From the NCBI RefSeq assembly GCF_009914755.1, contig NC_060938.1: a DNA stretch of 64,000 nt; one strand, given 5' to 3'. Numbering within the stretch: the first letter of the stretch is position 1; every line of letters starts with the position of its first letter. The notes below the pieces were generated by a model. The model had not been told where the DNA came from. It did not search any database and was given only the letters and a program-made list of their open reading frames with translations. The position numbers were made by a program, and so were the translations under genes. Shown piece after piece: positions 1 through 14,120 of this stretch. The stretch comes from the human T2T-CHM13v2.0 reference genome, Homo sapiens.

Positions 1-397
1 ACTTTATCAAGCGCCCTGATTGTGCCTTAGTTTCAAGGACACCACTTGAAGGAGAGAGTTTGGCAGCACAGACAGTGGCTCTGAGCTTATGAGATGATGA
101 GGGGTAGCTTTTATTTTATATATATATATATATATAAATATAAATACCCCCAACTTAGGAATGTATATTTTAAAATATGCTAATTATATGCCATCTGCAC
201 TCTTACTGTGGGATGAGAGCTGGTCAATGGTACTCTGTTGATCGTAGTTGAGGGCTTAGCAGCACAGAACTAAACTTTGAAATTTGTAGACTTCCTCGAA
301 ATTAAAAACATATACATAAAATAAGCAGGGATACTTCAACTATTACTTAATATTCCTAGATTTTTATTTATTTATAGTTATTTAATTATGTGTAAAA

Positions 398-540
398 TAT
401 TTATTGACAATTCATGTTGTGCCTGGTCCCTACAAGGTTTTGGGACCACAGAGATTAATACCAAATAGTTCTGGCCCCTGAGGAGTCATCAGCCTAATGG
501 GGAAAACAAGCATGGAAAGAGATCATTACAGAACAACATA
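398..540 (-). mobile_element. L2 LINE 3' fragment (degenerate)
   Basis: tatttattgac...gtgcctgg...ggcccctgaggagtcatcagcctaatgggga resembles the antisense L2 3' end. Confidence 0.5.
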
Positions 541-819
541 ATACCTAGTTTATTAGAGGGGCTGTGATTAGTGGAAAAAACTACTGTCCCTCCCATGAAA
601 AACACATTTGCCTGTCTTTCTCCCCTATTTCACATGTCAGTGCTTGGAGTAAACTGATCATGCTTGATCTCCCGGTTCAGCCTCAGATGCCTGGGATAGT
701 GCTTCGTGCATGCCATAGTCATGAACTGGCTGATGTTAGAAAAGTCAGCTTGTTTTATAATTATAAAATTTAATAAGCTAAAGGTTTAATTTAAGTATCA
801 AACTCGTTCAATTATTCTT

Positions 820-1630
820 CCTTTTCATCAACCCACTTTTATGGAATGTTTGCTATTTGTCAGGCTCTGTGCTGTGAGTGGGGGATGCCATAGAGAATGA
901 GATAGACAGTGTCAGCCATCAGGGAGCTTACTGCCCAGTGAAGAAAAGTGACGTTGATCAAATAACCACACAGATTAACAAATATGCACTGTGAAAATAC
1001 AGTTTGCTATGACAGTCTCCTGAGACCTTATCTAGTCTCACTATTGAAGAAATGACAGCCCAGCTGAGATCTTGACATGAATAGGAGACTACTTGGTGAA
1101 TGAGAGGGGCACAGATGGGTCAAGCACTCAAGGCAGAGCGAACACCATGTGCTAAGGCACTGAGGTGAGCAGGGATGTACCAGACTCCAAGAATTGAAAG
1201 AAAGTCAATTCTCTGGAACAGAAAGAGAGAAGGGAGAGAATAGCAAGATGAGGCTGGAAAGGTGAGAGATGTCCAGATCATAATACAAGGCCTCAAGTTT
1301 CACTAAGAGGAAGCTACTGAAAGTTCTTCAGTGGTGGAGCTATGTGATCAGATTTGTGTAGATTGTAGATACTAGGGTGGGCCCCTGCCATCATTGAGAA
1401 AACTCAATAAAGAAGACCACCAGTAACATGACTGTTGGTTTCACAGGGACAAAGATAGCCTGGTCTACCAGGACATTGGAAGAATGCAGAGAAAGAGATG
1501 AATTCAAAATATTTTTAGTGTATGAAATTGACAGAAGTTGGTAAATGATTGAAGTGGGGGAAAGGGGACTAGGGAGGAAGAGGTTTTAGGAACGTTTTCT
1601 AGATTTCTTATTTGCCCTGTTGGGTGAATG
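820..1630 (-). mobile_element. L2 LINE fragment
   Basis: tgctatttgtcaggctctgtgct...gggagcttactgcccagtg...aggcagagcgaacaccatgtgctaaggcactgagg, a typical antisense L2 run. Confidence 0.75.
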
Positions 1631-1708
1631 ACTCACTAAGAGAGCACATCATAAAGCAAACTGAAATATTGGCTTTTTAAGCCAATCTATTATATTCCAT
1701 ATAGATCT

Positions 1709-2388
1709 GTTTTTGTTGATACATAATAACCATACATATTTATAGGGCACATGTGTTTTCTTGATCCATGCATACAATGTGTAATGATCAAATCAGGGTA
1801 ATTGGGATATCCATCACCTCAAACACATATTATCTTTTTTGTGTTGGAAACATTCCCTATCTTCCCTTCTAGCTATTTTGAAATATACTATAAATTCTTG
1901 TTAGCTGTATTTGCCCCACTGTGCTATTGAACACTAGAACTTACTCCATCTATCTAACTGTGTTTTTCTACACATTAATTGATCCCTCTTTCTTCCCCCA
2001 CACAACACTTACTAGCCTCTGGTAAACACCATTCTACCCCTACCTTCATGATATCAACTTTTCACCTCAAATATATGAGTGAAAAGATGTGATATTTGTC
2101 TTTCTGTGTCTGGTTTATCCCACTTAACACAATGTCCTCTAGTTTCATCCATGTTACTGCAAATGATAGGATTTCATTCTTTTTTATGGCTGAACAGTAT
2201 TTCATTCTATATATGAACTACAGTTTCTTTATCCTTTCATCTGTTGATGGACACTTAGGTTGATTCTGTATCTTGGCTATTGTGAGTACTGCTGCAATAA
2301 ACATGGCAGTGCAGGTAACTCTTGGATGTAGTGACTTCCTTTCCTTTGAATATGTACCCAGCAGGGGGATTGCTGGATCATATGATAG
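1709..2388 (-). mobile_element. L1MA-type LINE-1 3' end
   Basis: catacaatgtgtaatgatcaaatcagggtaattgggatatccatcacctcaaac...gggattgctggatcatatg matches the L1MA 3' UTR/ORF2 end in antisense. Confidence 0.9.
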
Positions 2389-3854
2389 ATAAATCTTAAA
2401 TTGACCCCTTTATATCTAGCAAATATTTGCCACACACTCCATCATTTTAGGCTTATTGCTATCTACATATAGAGTATCTATTTTATTTGGAGTGTGAGAT
2501 TTTGTTTCAATTACCTGGGACTCCAAGACTGTCCAATGAGCTGCAGAGGCCCACATATGCCATTTATTGGAACATAAATGAAAAAGTGAATCCTTCATAG
2601 ACACCAGTCAGAAAATCATGGGCCAACTTTGGACATAGATTGTACTTTGAGTCTGGGGCTAGAAGATCCCATTGATCCCATCAAGGCTCCCACACAGCTG
2701 CAAGAGCAGGTAAAGAAATGTAATTTCCGCATTCCTTGGAAATTAAGGTTTATCTTGAATATCCCTACTCTTCCCCCGCCCCAAACCCCCATGATGGCAC
2801 TCCTCCAAGAGGTGGGAAACCTCTTCTTTTAGAGCTGAGAGCTCAGTCCAGACCATCAGTGTTTTCTACGTGGTCACCTGCTAATCTTTAGCCCTTTCAG
2901 TAGAGGGGAGAAACTCATACAACACAACCAGCTTGTCCAACGCAATCAGTTTGGTTGAACCTCAACGGCCCAATGTCAAGTGTCAAGAAGGTCATCTAGG
3001 ATTTGTAGGTAATGTGACTTTTCTGATTTTCTTTCTTATGATCTTTCTTATGGTTGGGCTCAAACTTATGATTTCAGGACCCTGGAAACCCAGCTCTTTT
3101 CCTCATTCCCCTGCTGAGACATGCTCTGCACTGTGTTCTGGGCTCACACACTGATGGGCTGTGTGCCTCACAAGGTAACACCCATTTCCCCCAGGTTTCC
3201 TTTCCACAAAGGTGAGCACATTATGTGTGATGCTTTAATAAGATCTAAATTAGTCGAGTTCCACCTATCCTTTTATGGAAATGAAATATCCTCACACTTA
3301 ATCCGGAAAGTGCCATTGAGTGCTTTCCAAGTTTTGTTCCATTTACTTCCAAGTGTCCCCCTGCCCCCCAAAGCTTGGTGAGTTTCTCTGCAGCAGTATG
3401 TGAAAGGATTGGGGCTAAAATGTTCTTTTTGAAGTGTTTTTTTCTCAATGTTGTTTATTTTGTTAGAGAACATCAGCTGTAAATCCTCATTTGTTTTCCA
3501 GTTCCAATCATTTCTAAGTAGCATAGTATAGAGTCACAAGTGGTGTCACCAGTGAGGGTATCTAGCAGTGAGTGGTAGGTACATAACTTTCCATCACCAG
3601 AATAAGAAAGCACATGATCAAAAGCTTTACAAACAGGTGACTGTTACTGTGACTCCCATACCTCCCTTCTCAAACTTAGAAGCTTAATATTTTATTTTCT
3701 CTGCATAATGACCCCAGATACTATAACTTATTTTTACCTGTAACATAGAACATGCTTAAGACATTCTATTTGATTTGAATGACAATAATTATACTAATAA
3801 ACTACTAATAGCCAATAACTGTTTAAAGGAAATGTGTTTAGAAATCTTGTATTA

Positions 3855-4082
3855 TTATTCACTGCTTACTGTATGTCAAGCACTAAGGGCTGATTATGCA
3901 TCACGTCACCTAAACCTCATGGTCACCTTAGCAAGCAGGTTCCATTATAAGCCCCATTCTTCAGTGGAGGACTTTGAGGCTCAGAAAGGTCAGATTATTT
4001 GTCCAAGTTCACACAGCCAGTTAAGTAGCATAACCAAGATTCAAGAGCAAATGTTGTCTCCAAAGTCTAGGATCTTAATCAT
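3855..4082 (-). mobile_element. MIR SINE
   Basis: ccccattcttcagtggaggactttgaggctcagaaaggtcag...ccaagttcacacagcc MIR core. Confidence 0.8.
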
Positions 4083-4524
4083 AATGCCAAATTTGATCTT
4101 CCTTATTATATCTTATTAATGTGATTTGTTAACTCAAATCCAATAATGATTCATATGAGTTACTATTAGCCATAAGCATGGCATTAAAATAGATGACACT
4201 TTCAAACATGAAAAAACTCAGGGAAGATAGGATCAGAGTGAGCCTCTTGAAAGACTCAATGATAAAATCCATCAAGGCAAGAACAGAATCAAAACAATAT
4301 ATTCAGGAAAAGGGAATCTTAAGAAAAACAATTGAAAATGAGTACTGAATTCATTTAAATAAAGAACCCTGGACAAAGAGCTAGGGGAATTATGATGGCA
4401 GGAAGGCCTGCACAGCACCTCAGCATTGACAAAATAATGAACTTTACCTCCTATGGAAAGGAGCTAAGTAATACAGCTAAAATTAACAAATAGTTAAAGA
4501 GAAAAAAATGGTTCCCACATTTTA

Positions 4525-5060
<536 letters not shown>

Positions 5061-5229
5061 CAGAATGCCTCAACATGTGTCCACCATCTTTGAAAGTATA
5101 TGAAAAGTGGTATGCATAGAGAAAAAAGGTTTAAAGAACACCCCTTCACGCATACATGCTCACTCCAAGGCTGGTGGCAGCCTTGCTCTTCATTTTTTCT
5201 GCTCTATGTTTTAAATGTTCTGGCTGAGC

Positions 5230-5310
5230 TAGATGGCACAAACATTGGCAGCACAGAGCAGATTTTCAATGAGCACTTTTAAATGAATGAATGAATGAAT
5301 GAATGAATGA
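5230..5310 (+). mobile_element. L2 3' terminus with (ATGA)n tail
   Basis: tggcacaaac...aatgaatgaatgaatgaatgaatga. Confidence 0.55.
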
Positions 5311-7355
5311 GTTGTTTTCTTTTTTTTTCTTTTAAGTTATTATGTTTTTGCTACACTGCTTGCTAAACCTGGAACTCAGTAGCTTTCCAATCTCCCTATA
5401 AACATTTTCTGAGCCTCCTGGTTCAGTGAGTACTTGCTTTGCCTTCCAAGACTGTGGCATGTCTTCTCCAGATGGAAAACAGGTCTTTTTCAAGGAAATC
5501 ATTCTACCAACTTAAAGATCTTCATCCAAATCTTGTACAGAAAATTACACCCTATGCCATGGGTGTCAGATAGGAACTCCATAAAGATTGCTATTTTAAT
5601 TTTGTTTGCATTAATAGCATATATCCCAATTCTTGTGGAATCAGAAAAAGAGAATCAAGGACCTGGAAGAGATAAGATCTATTATTTAATCCAGTCCTCT
5701 CATTTTCCAGATCTGTAAACAGACTGAAGGTTTTACCTGGTATATCTAAAGCAACTCATTGTGTCAATGGGTCATTCAAACCTCTACTTTTTAAAGATTC
5801 AAAGTCTTCTTGCTATGTTTGCTTGAAAAAAAAATTAAGTAAGGTGTATTTGACAGTTAGATTCCAGAGTACAGATGGAGAGATCAGCAGTAAGCACAGA
5901 TAATACCAGAAGAACACCCAGGGCCGGCTAGGTGAGCCATTGCATAATGCAGAAGAAGGAAAGAATCCATTGATAGAAAAAGCCAGGGTCCAGGCCAGCT
6001 TCCAAATCCAAGCTGATCTCAACAATACCTCACCTACTTAATATCTACGCTGCACCAAGCAGTACACAGTCATTGGGAAAGTAGAGACAAGTTAGCACAG
6101 TCCCTCCCATGAAGGAGCTCATGGTCTAGTACACAAGTCAGCTTCGTTCTGGCTGTGCTAAGTGATATGGGTGGTAAACCTAGGGTCTATAATAACCAGA
6201 ATTGGAATGTGAACACCGGGCCAAACTCCTAGGCATTCAGGTTTGGAAGAAAAGCAAGTCCAGAGAAGAAAGAGTCGCAGGTAACAGTGTCAACTGATAA
6301 AATCCGCTGTGAAAGCTTCCCTTGCTACCCAGGCTGGTACCTCAACTGAGTTTAAGGCTGCAGTATCAGGTTCTTGGGGGCTGAGGATCCAGCCAGAATT
6401 CTGAGTTCTGAATATGTCAACCTTTTTCTATAACTGTTTTCAATTTTTATTCTTATGCTACCTTTTAATCTTGAAATATCCTAGGTGGGTGTTTATACGT
6501 ATACGTCAGTATGTGTATTAGAAAATAAAAAATAACATAAGCAAGAAGAAGGATATGAGAAATAAATCTATCTCTCAGGGCCCAAACATGTGCTGTGGTT
6601 GTGCAGTATATAAAATATTAAACTTATTGCTGGCTTTCATTTTAATAAGAATCTCTTGGACTAAATAATGGGAACCAAGTACAGTAATATACTTTCCAAC
6701 AGTGCTATGGGCAGCCCCCTGGGACTATCGGGGGGGACTTGGTAAGTGACACTTGTACAGGTTTAAATTTGAAATTGCATTTAATTTGTATGTCCTATTA
6801 CTTAGTTGAAAACATATACCTCTAAGGCAAATGCAGACAGAAATGGGCATCGAGCTAAAAATATTTGAGAGGCAATAATTTGCCTTAATGGCATCCACAC
6901 CTAGATGGGGAAAGTAATGAAGCATCTCAGGGGAGGTATTTCTTTTGCTTAATTTGTTTTCACGCTGTTACTGAGTTGTCAACCTAAGGACTGTACTGAG
7001 CAACTACTCATGAACTTTTCTTTTGTTTCAGCTGCTAGGAAGCATACTCCGTCTTCCTGTACTTTCTTCCATTTGTTCATTTCATATTCAGTGCTGTGAC
7101 ATGCAAGTATTGTTCTAGAAACAGAAAGACACAACACTGGACAAGACAGGCCCAGCAATCCGTGGTCAAGCTTGTCTCATCCACATGGTCTTACCGTGTT
7201 CTCCCTCTCTGTACCCACACTGGTTGAAATGAGGACTGAGGTCCCAGAACCTGTGGCCAGTAATAATGTTATCTAAAGGGGATTAGGAATTGGAAAAAGA
7301 ATGGAGAAAGGCAAGGATTTGCAAAAGAGATGTCCTGAGAAAGTAGCAAGGGTCA

Positions 7356-7662
<307 letters not shown>

Positions 7663-7725
7663 AAAGTAGCAAGGGTCAAGGCCACGGGAGGTGAATTCTG
7701 CAGTCAAGTATAAGGGACAAGACAA

Positions 7726-7807
7726 GAAAGATAAACCCAAGGGCCCAAGTGGAAGGAAATGGGAAGTGAAGACAACGGCCAGAGCTTCGTATACATACAT
7801 AGCCCCA
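7726..7807 (+). repeat. Local duplication D1, copy a
   Basis: Matches 9037-9114 with 2 substitutions and one 4-bp indel. Confidence 0.95.
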
Positions 7808-7960
7808 CTCCTCCTACAGGGCAGGCGTGCACACAGCTCTGTTTAAGAGGCTGCCAGCCATGTGGAGTGAGGGAGGTCACCTGAATTCAATGCACAGATT
7901 GGCTTGGAAGATGTTTGTGGTTATCAAAGAATCAACTGAGCACTTAAAAATAAGTCTTCT

Positions 7961-8300
<340 letters not shown>

Positions 8301-9036
8301 CTAAATGTTCCCTTCTCTCATAAGCATGCCCTGATGGGTAGATTTGCAAGAACATCTCTCCAACATTTCCCATCTACAGTTGGCTAATTGTTTGTGACCA
8401 TCCCAGCTGGCCCCATGGAGGTGGACACTTCATGAGGATGGAGAGCAGGTCGCATCCTACAGTTTCCTTCCCAGATCCCCTCAAGGGTTACTGCTCAAGG
8501 TTATGTTGGGCAAGGATCTGCTCAAGGTTATGTTTGGCAGAAGCTGGGAAAACACAGAATCTCAAAATGACAGAAGTATCTAGCAGTGAGTGGCAGGTAC
8601 ATAATTGCAGACAGGAGGGTCTTCACTAGCAGGAATCCATAGGGAATACCAAGGGCCAAGCAAGGGGTTCAAAGCCATGAAGGAGAAGGAGAAGGAAACC
8701 AAGGATAAGAGGATGGGATGTGCATTCCATGATCTCCAACACATTGACTGGGGTGCCTCTCCCAAACAAGATGCACTTCCATGTGTATTACACACACAGC
8801 CACTCACAGGCACTTTATCCAATAAACATGTGTGCTGGGTTTTCTTTTCCATTGAAAGTTGAGACCAATTGTTCATGAATTGTCCTCCAATAACATGAAC
8901 TTACACTTTTTACATTCTAGGCCCTTATAGTCCAACCTCTACCTAACTAGGAGATGAAAGAACATGTATATATATACTAAAAATATAAATCACCATGTCA
9001 CCCCCCCTTGCATGGAACAAACCTTGCATGGAACAG

Positions 9037-9114
9037 GAAAGATAAACCCAAGGGCCCAAGTGGAAGGAAATGGGAAGTGAAGAAAACGGCCAGAACTTCG
9101 TATACATAGCCCCA
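9037..9114 (+). repeat. Local duplication D1, copy b
   Basis: gaaagataaacccaagggcccaagtggaaggaaatgggaagtgaaga...tatacatagcccca repeated from 7726-7807. Confidence 0.95.
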
Positions 9115-10099
9115 TGCATCAGTGGGGCATCAAAGGTGGTATGTCATCAATGGGGCCTGGACAGCCAGATTAGTCTCTGGCGGTAGTGTAGGGGTGGGAC
9201 CTGAGCTCTTTAGTTGCTTGGTCATGAGGGCGGTTCTAGGAGAGAGGAGAGGGTCCAGGGGTGGGAGATGGCTGCACTCAGAAGTTATTTCTCATTACGT
9301 TTAAATATTTAACCACAGGGACAGCCATCCCAGTGCATCCTCATTGAGACAGACCTGTGGGCCTCAATCATATTGTACAGTAACACCAGACCAAGAAACA
9401 CTGAGGTTCTCAGAACCAACCCAAATTTTCCTTCTTAATGTTCCTTCTGAAAAAAAAAATCCCCTTTTATTCATTTCTATCATCCTTCATCAAGAATCAC
9501 TTCAAGGCTGAGGCTTCAGTGCTGTGCTCTCTGATGCTTTGAGAGAGATGGGCTCAGGAGGAGACCCTGGGGTAAGGAAATGCCAGAACAAAGTGACGTA
9601 AACCGGGACCTGAAGAACAAAGGGGAGTTATCCATGCCAAGAGTGGGGCTTCTTCTGCCCCTGTAGGTCTCCAACCCTACAGCCTCCCATGGAGTATACA
9701 TTTCTTTTTACTTAAGCAGGTCACCTGGGGTTGCTGGGGTATCCACACTCAGAAGAGACCCAGTGCAGACCATAGACACAGAGACATTTTTGATGTGCTA
9801 CAGCCATGGTCCAGCCATCCAGGATGCTGAAGCATTCATTTTCTCACTGGTCTGGGATCACAGATGTCACCTCGATGTATTTTGTGAGAGCAGGTGCCAT
9901 AATTGCTTCTCCACATGTTCTTCAAAGAGTCAGTGCAGAGCTTGACATAGGCTGGCCGCTGTTAAGTTCATAAGATTACATAAATGTTGCTTTTAACTTG
10001 ATTGATAAGTATTCCCAAATGGAATCAAGTGATTCCTAGGTTCTGTGCAGACACAGAGGAAGAAGAAGAGAGGTTCCAGTCTAGAAGGCAGAGCAATGT

Positions 10100-10340
10100 C
10101 ACAGCATAACAGGGGATGGGCTTTAATCAGGAAGACTCAGCTCCTAATCCATCTCCCATCATCCAGCAGATATGTGACCCAAGCAATTCACTTTCACAAT
10201 GTGGGACTTCTTCATTTGTAAGTGAAGATGACCTTATCCACTTCTTAGTATTTGGGTAAAACCTGAGTAAGATCATCCATATTCAACTCTTAGCATAATC
10301 CCAGCTCACAGTGAGTAGATAGTAAATAGCAGCTATTATC
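10100..10340 (+). mobile_element. MIR SINE
   Basis: tatgtgacccaagcaattcactt...ttcttcatttgtaagtg...gtaaatagcagctattat. Confidence 0.7.
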
Positions 10341-10384
10341 AAGAGTGGCAGGAGTATTTAATATTCAAACATAAGGTAAATTTT

Positions 10385-10755
10385 ATTAAGATAATACCAG
10401 TTCTAATTACATACTAAAACTCCAAATTTCAGTAGCTCAACACCAGATAAATTCTTTCTCTCTCACTTAAAGTCCAGCCAGCAGTAGGGTAAATATGAGA
10501 GAGAAAACTGCTCCATGCAGTCATTCAGGGATCTAGGTTTAATATGTGGCTTCCATGGTTGCTCTGGGGCAAGAGCATTGCAAAGGAGGCTTATAAGGAC
10601 TGGTCCTGGATATGACATTCTTTACTTCAGCTCACATTGCATTGGCCAATGTGGTTACTCCTAGCTGTAAAGGAGACTGGGGAATGTAGTTCAGTTGCTA
10701 TATGGAAAGAAGATAAAAGGGGTTTGCTAAACAGACAGAAAAAGTCTCTGCCACT
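10385..10755 (-). mobile_element. MLT1K/L-like MaLR LTR
   Basis: ctccatgcagtcattcaggga...ctcacattgcattggcca...aggagactggggaatgtagt...tctctgccac. Confidence 0.75.
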
Positions 10756-12298
10756 CAGAATCAACCCACCATTCTATAAAAATCAGGGCTTGAGGCCAAA
10801 CATCCGTATCCTAAATTATGAACTCTTGTATAACAAAATTCCTGTTGTGCCATGCCTTCACTGTTTGGACATAGAATGGAAAGCCTGACAGGAATGATGG
10901 CGATGAGGTAGGGGTAGGAGTTTCTACCTGAGGAGGAGGTGGGTAGACCAGATGCCCGGAAGAAGCCCTTCCACCAGCTGTACTGTACATTGGTTTCTCC
11001 AGACAGGAGGAGTTTTTGTGCAATTGTCAAATGCCAGGAATTGTAAGATAAATATTTACTAGAAGCAATTACTGACCTTGAGATATTAACAAATGATCTC
11101 AGGTTCATATTTTCCTTATCTGTAAAATAGAGTTGCTATAAGAGAAAATGACTGCAATGTGTCTGGTTAGGGCTGGTGGATAGTAAACACTCAAGAAATA
11201 GAGTCATCATTCTTGTGTTCTTATTTATCCCTGAGGTGAACAGAAAGAAAAATGTTCTTTCTCACTTTCCTCTTGCTGGTAGAAATTTAACCATGATGGA
11301 GCTCTGACTTGCTGTGTAAAATCTGTTCTTGGCCCTACCCAGACCTAGGCACAAAACCAGATTATTTCTGGTCCCAACTCTTGCCTCTATTCACGAAAAT
11401 TGAACTTACTCCCTTGTGTTCAAATAGACTTTATTGATTCCAAGTCAGAAAATATATACTGTGCACCCAGCTCGGCAGGTGCTTCACATAGGTTGCCTGT
11501 GGCTTCTTTTACGTGCTATATAAGTCTCAGCTGTTCTTGGTTGCACGTGCCAATTTTGAAGCAGAATTCAAAAATCTATTCCTGTTCCCCAGAATGAATC
11601 CATTTGCACCAAAGGCATTAATGAGAACTGTAGATTGTGCTGAAGCTTTCATACCCAATAATAAACTTAAAAAAAAAACCACATCAAACATGTCTATTTG
11701 TCAAAATCTCCTCTTCTCTGCTACATCATCAAAAGGTTTCTTTTGTCCTACCCTTCCCTCCCATGTTACTCAGCCTTGATTATTGCTGTTTCCTTTTACT
11801 TGCATCTTCTCCTTGAAAATCCTAATTGGCCCACCCTCCATCGTGAAGAGTAATGCAGCACTTTCTCTGACCCTGTCTTGAAACTGCCACACCCACACCT
11901 TCCTAAGAGTCCTTAGGAAACAAAAGGCTTGCCAGTCTTCATGATCTACCTACTTTAGAAGACATCAGGTTATTAATAAAAATTCTATGTATATAAAAGA
12001 ACCACAATTTGAGAGATTTAGTATTTGGAGCAAAGTCATCAATTTCTAAGCGTTATCTCAATCTAAATGGGTTTCTACCCCTCAGGTAAATCATTCGGCC
12101 CTTGCTTTGGAAATCAGAAATGAAGGATCTATTTGTTGTGTCTAGTTCAATACTATAGAGTTGGGTTGGTCAGATGCTGAGTGGATCTCCTCCCAGAGAG
12201 GGTTTTGGTGTCCTGAGTCCAATCACTTTCACTGCTGTCAACTTTTAATTATTGCTAATTTTTTTACTTCACTGGCAGATTTCTTTTTTTGAAAATCA

Positions 12299-12375
12299 AT
12301 CAATCAAAAAGAACATGTCTCTTAATAAGAATACTTAAAGCATTTTAAATGCACACCTTCAGGTTCTGAAAGCCC
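12299..12375 (+). repeat. Local duplication D2, copy a (putative donor)
   Basis: About 86% identical by eye to 14044-14120; last 20 bp identical. Confidence 0.92.
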
Positions 12376-12436
12376 ACAGTGTACATTTTTAGCTCCATGT
12401 ATTCCAGCTTAGATGGTTTGAATTTTCTCCCCAAAA

Positions 12437-12460
12437 AAGTTTTCCCACGTGGGAAAACTT
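12437..12460. repeat. Perfect 24-bp palindrome aagttttcccacgtgggaaaactt
   Basis: Sequence equals its own reverse complement. Confidence 0.97.
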
Positions 12461-12932
12461 CATCAATTTCATCATTTTAATTCTCTGAGAACGTGAACAA
12501 TTTGATTGAAATAGCTGGAACCATGTACTGAAATGGAAGGATGTAGGTATTTATGTCTTTATTTTAATTAAATTTGTAAATACTGGGATATATTAGGTAG
12601 AGAGAAACCAAAATTAAATCACTGAAAATGCTTATGTACAGGTTATTGATGTGTTAAAACTCAAAGTTGCATTGAAAATTTCCCAGCAGTCTGAATATTA
12701 TGGAAGGAACTCTCAAAAGATAAAATTCAAGAGCTCCAAATTTCCATCTCACCTTACTTGTTGATACTCATAACTGTTTAGTTTAATTCTTTAGGTAGTT
12801 CATAAATTGAACTTGACTGACAGGGGGGATTATCATGATGCTATGAAAAATGGTTGTACAACTAAAATCTAGTGTGGGCCACGGACCCTAAGGTCCTTGA
12901 GACATTTTCAAGGGATCCATGAGGTCAAAATA

Positions 12933-13224
12933 ATTTTTTTTAGACAAGGTCTCTTCCTGTCGCCCATGCTGGAATGCAGTGGTGTGATCATGGCTCACTG
13001 CAGCCTGGAATTCCTGGACTCAGGGGATCGTCCTGCTTCAGCACGTACCTGGGACTACAGGGATGTACCACCCTGCCGGGCTAATTTTTTTTTTTTTTTA
13101 GAGATGGGGTCTTGCTATGCTGCCCAGGCTGGCTTTGAACTCCTGGGCTCAAGCAATCCTCTTGCCTTATAAACTCAGCCTCTCAAAGTGCTGAGTTTAT
13201 AAGTGTTAGCCACCACACTCAACC
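12933..13224 (-). mobile_element. AluJ
   Basis: gatcatggctcactgcagcc and tcctgggctcaagcaatcctc AluJ diagnostics in antisense. Confidence 0.92.
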
Positions 13225-13458
13225 AAAACTATGTTTATAATCATACCCAGGCATTATCTGCCTTTTCCTCTGTGTTGACATTTGCACTGGCAATACAAAG
13301 CACTGGTGGGCAAAACTCCTGGAGTCCTAGCCCTGATCAAGGCAGTGGCCCCAAAATGCATTGGTAGTCATCTCTCCTCCCAGATTTACTTAAGAATGTC
13401 TTTAATAAAACAGTAAAAATTATTAATATTATTATATCTTAACCAAGGAGTACAGGTC

Positions 13459-13965
13459 TGTATTAATTTTCTGCCACCGCCACACAAATTACCACAGTGG
13501 CTTAAAACAACACACACTTATTTATCTCACAGTTCTATAGGTGAGAAGTCTAACAAGGTCTCATTTTGTGTTTTGAATCAAGGTGTTAGCAAGGTGACCT
13601 CCCTGCCTGGCAGCTCTACGGGAGAGTTCATCTCCTGGTCTTTTCCAGCTTTTGAGGCTGCCTGTACTCCTTGGCTCATAACCTCCTTCTTCCATTTTGA
13701 AAGTCAGCACCACTGCCTCCCTCTGGGTCTTTCTTTTGTGGTGACATCTCCATCTGTGCTCTGAATACAGCCATAAAAAGTTCTCCATTTATAAGGACCT
13801 ACGTGATGGGACTAGGTCCATCTAGATAACGTAGGATCATCTTCTCATCTCAAGGTTCTTAATTTAATCACACCTGCAAAGTCCCTTGTGCCATCTAGGT
13901 AACATTCACAGGTTCTGGATATTAGAATGTGGATATCTGTGGGGGTCATTATTCTTTCTAGCACA
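13459..13965 (-). mobile_element. MLT1D-like MaLR LTR
   Basis: tgtatt...ggcttaaaacaacac...aatcacacctgcaaagtccc...ggtaacattcacaggttctgg...agcaca. Confidence 0.88.
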
Positions 13966-14043
13966 GTTTTTATGGGATTCTGATTGACACGGTGAGATGT
14001 ATGCCCAAAGCCCTTCTGCTGCATACAGAAATACAACAGTCTC

Positions 14044-14120
14044 ATCAATCCTAAGAACATGCCTCTTAATGGGAAGACTTAAAGACACTTTAAATGCCCG
14101 CCTTCAGGTTCTGAAAGCCC
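14044..14120 (+). repeat. Local duplication D2, copy b (inside Charlie1)
   Basis: Copy of 12299-12375 embedded between two Charlie1 segments. Confidence 0.92.

Noticed and set aside
7005-7035. Strong-looking splice acceptor cttttcttttgtttcag (also a minus-strand acceptor near 42766 and a minus-strand donor near 33574)
   Set aside because: No convincing partner site; isolated splice-like signals are common by chance
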